Shown: positions 55,385-58,928 of the stretch, in pieces
Layout: the number at the start of each line of letters is the position of its first letter
Position numbering within the stretch: position 1 is the stretch's first letter
NCBI GenBank assembly: GCA_025055835.1
Contig: JANWWR010000107.1
Coordinates: 1 to 58,928, forward strand
Origin: Gemmatales bacterium
GTDB taxonomy: Bacteria > Planctomycetota > Planctomycetia > Gemmatales > HRBIN36
Length of the DNA stretch: 58,928 bases
Direction of reading: 5' to 3'
The notes under the pieces: model-generated
Database searches by the model: none
Told to the model about the DNA's origin: nothing
What the model saw: only the letters and a program-made list of their open reading frames with translations
Program-made: the position numbers and the translations under genes

Positions 55385-56542
55385 ATGAAAGCGATCCTGC
55401 AAGCTTTCGATTTCCATCCGCAGACGCGGATCGTCTTCGGCCCCGGCTCCATCAACCGCCTCGGGGAATTGACACGGGAGTTGGGAGGACGACGGGTTCT
55501 TGTCGTCACCGACCCTGGACTGGAACAGGCTGGCCATCCGCAAAAAGCGGTTCGTTCCTTGGAAGAAGCCGGTCTTTCGGTCACGGTCTTTGATCAGGTC
55601 GAGGAAAACCCGACAACTTTTCACGTCGAAGCCGGGCTGCGAGTCGCCCGTCAAGCGAACATTGATTTCCTCGTGGCGGTCGGCGGCGGCAGTGCGATGG
55701 ACGTCGCCAAAGGCATCAACTTCCTGTTTACCAACGGCGGCAAGATGGCAGACTACTGGGGCAACGGAAAGGCGACGAAACCGATGTTGCCCAGCATCGG
55801 CGTGCCGACCACAGCCGGGACCGGAAGCGAGGCCCAGTCCTATGCCCTGATCGCCGATCCCAAGACGCACTTGAAGATGGCCTGCGGCGACCGCAAAGCG
55901 GCGTTCCGCGTGGCTGTCCTCGATCCGGAAGTGACCCTGACCCAGCCGCCCCGAGTGACCGCCGACACCGGCATGGACGCCATCTCCCACGCCCTCGAAG
56001 CCTACGTCACCACGCGGCGAAACCCCTTGGCTCAAGCCCTGGCTCGGGAGGCGTGGCGGCTGCTGGCGGGCCATTTTGAGCGGGTGCTGCACGATCCCTC
56101 CGATCTCGATGCCCGGGCAGCGATGCAGCTCGGAGCACACTTGGCCGGCATGGCCATCGAAAACTCCATGCTCGGAGCAACGCACGCCCTGGCCAATCCA
56201 ATCACCGCCCACTACGGCATTACCCACGGCCAAGCCATCGGCCTGATGCTTCCGCACGTTATCCGCTTCAACTCCCAGGCGGTCGGGGATCTTTACGCCG
56301 ATCTTCTCCGGGAGGTGCACCAGGACAATGGCCGCTACGGCGATGCCGGCAAGCTGCTTGCGGAACGGGTCGAAGGCCTTGCTCGTGCGGCGGGACTGCC
56401 AGCTCGTCTTTCGGACTTGGGAATCAATGCCGCGATTCTGCCGGTCCTGGCCGAGGAAGCCTCGCAGCAGTGGACTGGCCGCTTCAATCCCCGCCCGGTT
56501 TCTGCGGCGGAACTCCTCACGCTCTATCAGACTGCCTATTGA
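55385..56542 (+). CDS. Iron-containing alcohol dehydrogenase
   Basis: GGGSAMDVAK, VPTTAGTGSE, DTGMDAISHALEAY, LGATHALANP, HGQAIG. Confidence 0.93.
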   Translation: MKAILQAFDFHPQTRIVFGPGSINRLGELTRELGGRRVLVVTDPGLEQAGHPQKAVRSLEEAGLSVTVFDQVEENPTTFHVEAGLRVARQANIDFLVAVGGGSAMDVAKGINFLFTNGGKMADYWGNGKATKPMLPSIGVPTTAGTGSEAQSYALIADPKTHLKMACGDRKAAFRVAVLDPEVTLTQPPRVTADTGMDAISHALEAYVTTRRNPLAQALAREAWRLLAGHFERVLHDPSDLDARAAMQLGAHLAGMAIENSMLGATHALANPITAHYGITHGQAIGLMLPHVIRFNSQAVGDLYADLLREVHQDNGRYGDAGKLLAERVEGLARAAGLPARLSDLGINAAILPVLAEEASQQWTGRFNPRPVSAAELLTLYQTAY

Positions 56543-57504
56543 CCCCGTCCCTGAGATGCGCGGAACGCGTCGGCCCGCAACCAGTTCAGCGTGGCACGCA
56601 GGCCTTCTTCGAGATTGAATCGCGGTCGGTAACCCAGGTCGTGTTCGGCTCGACCAATGTCGGCCTGGGAATGGCGGACATCGCCGGGTCGCGGCGGAGC
56701 GTGAATCGGGGTAAACTCAGTGCCAAAAATTCGGTTCAAGGAGGCGGTCAGGTCCAGCAGCGACGTCGCCTGACCGGAGCCGACGTTATACACGTTGCCA
56801 AACGCTTTCGGCGATTCCGCGGCCAGCAGGAATGCCTGAACAACGTCTTCGACGAAAACGAAGTCCCGCGATTGCAAGCCATCCCCGTAGATCGTCGGGG
56901 TTCGATCTTCGAGAAAAGCACGAAGGAACAGGGCGATCACGCCGGAATACGGGTTGGAGGCATCTTGCCGTGGACCGAACACGTTGAATAGCCGAAGGCG
57001 GACGGTTTCCAATCCGTAGGTCCGAGTGAAGGCTTGGCAGTAATGTTCTCCAGCCAGCTTGGCGGCGGCGTAAGGAGACAAGGGCAACAGTGGATCATCC
57101 TCCCGCCGCAAGGCTCCGACCTGATCGCCATACGCGCTGCTGCTGGCAGCGTAGATGACGCGACGCACACCGCCCTCTTTTGCAGCTAGCAAGACGTTTA
57201 ACGTGCCAGTGGCGCAAACTTCATGGGTCCTAACCGGGTCTTCCACGCTCTTCTGCACAGATGGCAGGGCGGCCAGGTGAAAGACCCGATCGACGTCTCG
57301 AACCGCCAACCGGACGGATTCGAGGTCCGTCACGGAACCTTGCTGAAAATCGACTTGGTGCCGCACCGAGGAGAGATTGGAGAGTTTGCCGGTGCTCAAG
57401 TCGTCGAGAACGCGGACAAGGTGCCCTTGGCGAACCAGGGTTTCGACCAGATGCGAGCCGATGAAGCCCGCTCCGCCTGTTACGAGACAAGTCGGCACCG
57501 TCAT
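56536..57504 (-). CDS. NAD-dependent nucleotide-sugar 4-epimerase (extended SDR; GalE/WbpP-like)
   Basis: TGGAGFIGSHL, ASSSAYG, YAAAK, FNVFGPRQD---YSGVI, RDFVFV-D. Confidence 0.92.
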   Translation of the reverse strand: MTVPTCLVTGGAGFIGSHLVETLVRQGHLVRVLDDLSTGKLSNLSSVRHQVDFQQGSVTDLESVRLAVRDVDRVFHLAALPSVQKSVEDPVRTHEVCATGTLNVLLAAKEGGVRRVIYAASSSAYGDQVGALRREDDPLLPLSPYAAAKLAGEHYCQAFTRTYGLETVRLRLFNVFGPRQDASNPYSGVIALFLRAFLEDRTPTIYGDGLQSRDFVFVEDVVQAFLLAAESPKAFGNVYNVGSGQATSLLDLTASLNRIFGTEFTPIHAPPRPGDVRHSQADIGRAEHDLGYRPRFNLEEGLRATLNWLRADAFRASQGRGQ

Positions 57505-57543
57505 TTATCCCGAGGTAACCCTCTGGCAGAAGCCTCTTTCGGA

Positions 57544-58104
57544 TCAAGTCACTTTGACCAGCACCGTATCGTCGAGCAGCACCGAAGCCCCCCGCTGGAT
57601 GAAATCCACACGGACGATGAACCGCCGTCCCGATGCGGTTCGCTCGATGACGCCGCGAAGCCCCGCCAACGGCCCGCTGAGGATTTCGACCAGGTCGCCT
57701 GCTCCCAACTTCTCCTCGGGAGTCACCGGTTCGCCCGACAGCAGCAACCGGCGGATTTGCCGCAAGTCGTTCCAGAGCTGATCCTGAGCCGCGACCGGAA
57801 GGGCCTTCAAAACGCGATTCGTCTTGAGAGCCAAGAGCCGTTCCTGTTCCGTGGCCAATTGGAAAACGTATCCTGGAAACAGCGGCAGATGCGTTGTCAC
57901 CATCCGTCCTTGGAACTTCTTCCGTTTGCAGTACAGCGGTAGAAAAAATGGTGCCTGGCGACTCAGCAGTTCCCGGACCACGCACTTTTCCTGCCGGGGT
58001 CTGGTGTGCAGGGCGTACCAGATTCGTCCAGGTGCGCATCCCGGCTCAGCGACGTCGAGAAGATCAGGCGGAAAGACTTCGGTTTCAGCCGGCAAAACCG
58101 GCAT
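57544..58104 (-). CDS. NusG paralogue (UpxY/RfaH/LoaP-type antiterminator)
   Basis: WYALHTRPRQEK, PLFPGYVF, KOW GDLVEILSGPLAGLRG; GAAGGAGGT SD before ATG 58104. Confidence 0.88.
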   Translation of the reverse strand: MPVLPAETEVFPPDLLDVAEPGCAPGRIWYALHTRPRQEKCVVRELLSRQAPFFLPLYCKRKKFQGRMVTTHLPLFPGYVFQLATEQERLLALKTNRVLKALPVAAQDQLWNDLRQIRRLLLSGEPVTPEEKLGAGDLVEILSGPLAGLRGVIERTASGRRFIVRVDFIQRGASVLLDDTVLVKVT

Positions 58105-58180
58105 GGCTAATACCTCCTTCGCAGACGGCCCTGCGACGGGACGGGAAACTTTGACGGGACAAGGACGTGATACGCAACCC

Positions 58181-58525
58181 TTATCCCGGAGGCCAGCCCA
58201 TGATCCGACCACCGAGCAAGTGGAAGTGCAGATGCGGGACCGTCTGCCCGGCCCCTTCCTTGCAGTTGATGATGATCCGATAGCCGTTGTCGATGCCCAA
58301 TTGCCGAGCCAGCTTCGCCGCGACCAGGTGGAGATGACCTAAAAGCAGCTTGTCTTCCTCCGTGATGTCAGAGTGCGTGCGAATCTCCTTCCGCGGGATG
58401 ATAAGCACATGGACCGGGGCCTGCGGGTTGATGTCGTGGAAAGCGAGGCAGAGATCGTCTTCGTAAATGATTTTTGCCGGAAGCTGCCTGTTGATGATCT
58501 TGAGAAAAATGTTTTCCGCAAGCAT
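58181..58525 (-). CDS. Histidine triad nucleotide-binding protein (HinT-like)
   Basis: IF-KII----PA-I-YEDD, DINPQAPVH-L-IP, GQTVPHLHFHLLGGR. Confidence 0.95.
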   Translation of the reverse strand: MLAENIFLKIINRQLPAKIIYEDDLCLAFHDINPQAPVHVLIIPRKEIRTHSDITEEDKLLLGHLHLVAAKLARQLGIDNGYRIIINCKEGAGQTVPHLHFHLLGGRIMGWPPG

Positions 58526-58663
58526 GGGCTGACTCCTTGGGGAGTGTTCAGAGCGAACCTTCACGGGAACACTGTCCGTGGTTCCTGAAGGGCATTGTAT
58601 CGGATAAGCAGGGAGGCTCGAAACAGGTTCTTCGCCATGTCCGTGGGAAGACTTACCCCACCG

Positions 58664-58679
58664 TGGTATCATGATTTCA
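58664..58679 (+). promoter_or_regulatory. Extended -10 (TGGTATCAT) 6 nt before ATG: candidate leaderless promoter
   Basis: TG at 58664-58665, TATCAT at 58667-58672, ATG at 58679, no SD. Confidence 0.5.
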
Positions 58680-58928
58680 TGCCCGGCAAACGCCTCACAC
58701 CGACCCTAGCCGACTACGTCGCCATCGCCATCTGCCCCGCTCTCATCATGACGATGGTGGGCGGCTTGGTCTTTTTCCTCCTGGAAGTGTTCTACGTCGG
58801 GCAGTATCAGACCCGGCTTCAATGGGTCTTTGGCTGCTTCGTCTTCGCCACGGTGTTAATTGCCCGCATCTCCATGATGCACGTTGGCGGAGTACGGGCA
58901 CCCATCTACGGCATCCTGCTCGCCATAC
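58679..58928 (+). CDS. Hypothetical multi-TM membrane protein (truncated by the window edge)
   Basis: Manual translation MPGKRLTPTLADYVAIAICPALIMTMVGGLVFFLLEVFY...; open to the end of the window. Confidence 0.7.
   Translation, partial: MPGKRLTPTLADYVAIAICPALIMTMVGGLVFFLLEVFYVGQYQTRLQWVFGCFVFATVLIARISMMHVGGVRAPIYGILLAI

Overview
A GC-rich 58.9 kb bacterial chromosome window, most likely Planctomycetota (Gemmatales/Gemmataceae-like). This call is inferred from a Planctomycete-type LExLExR export motif, three PQQ/BamB-like propeller proteins and the style of the atp genes. I recognised no rRNA, tRNA, CRISPR array, transposase or integrase. Core content from left to right: an FmdB-type zinc ribbon (partial), a P-II protein, a DUF4912-apbE-doxX-Gfo/Idh/MocA operon, an H+-type F1Fo ATP synthase operon lacking atpC, nfo, a frameshifted prfB, a tandem glycosyltransferase plus epimerase, two cluster A-I metal ABC loci, speY-like, a NusG paralogue and a HIT protein. 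Top candidate for an undescribed system is 16155-25693 (minus strand): an alpha/beta-hydrolase, a CPBP intramembrane protease, an ECF sigma factor, and a 1585-aa protein in which an anti-sigma-like cytoplasmic domain and poly-Ala TM helix are fused to a complete thioester alpha-2-macroglobulin. That protein carries a membrane hairpin inside its bait region, which suggests a protease-trap receptor that releases a sigma factor. Second candidate is 45792-56542 (plus strand): a GNAT, a PaaK-like ligase, two exported propellers, a GriC/GriD (LuxE/LuxC)-like two-component carboxylate reductase and an Fe-ADH. Also notable are a Chlamydia YtgCR-like permease-DtxR fusion with a candidate operator, signal peptides on ATP synthase subunits c and b, and two REP-like repeat families. 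All calls come from reading motifs by eye; no database search was run, so novelty claims are untested.
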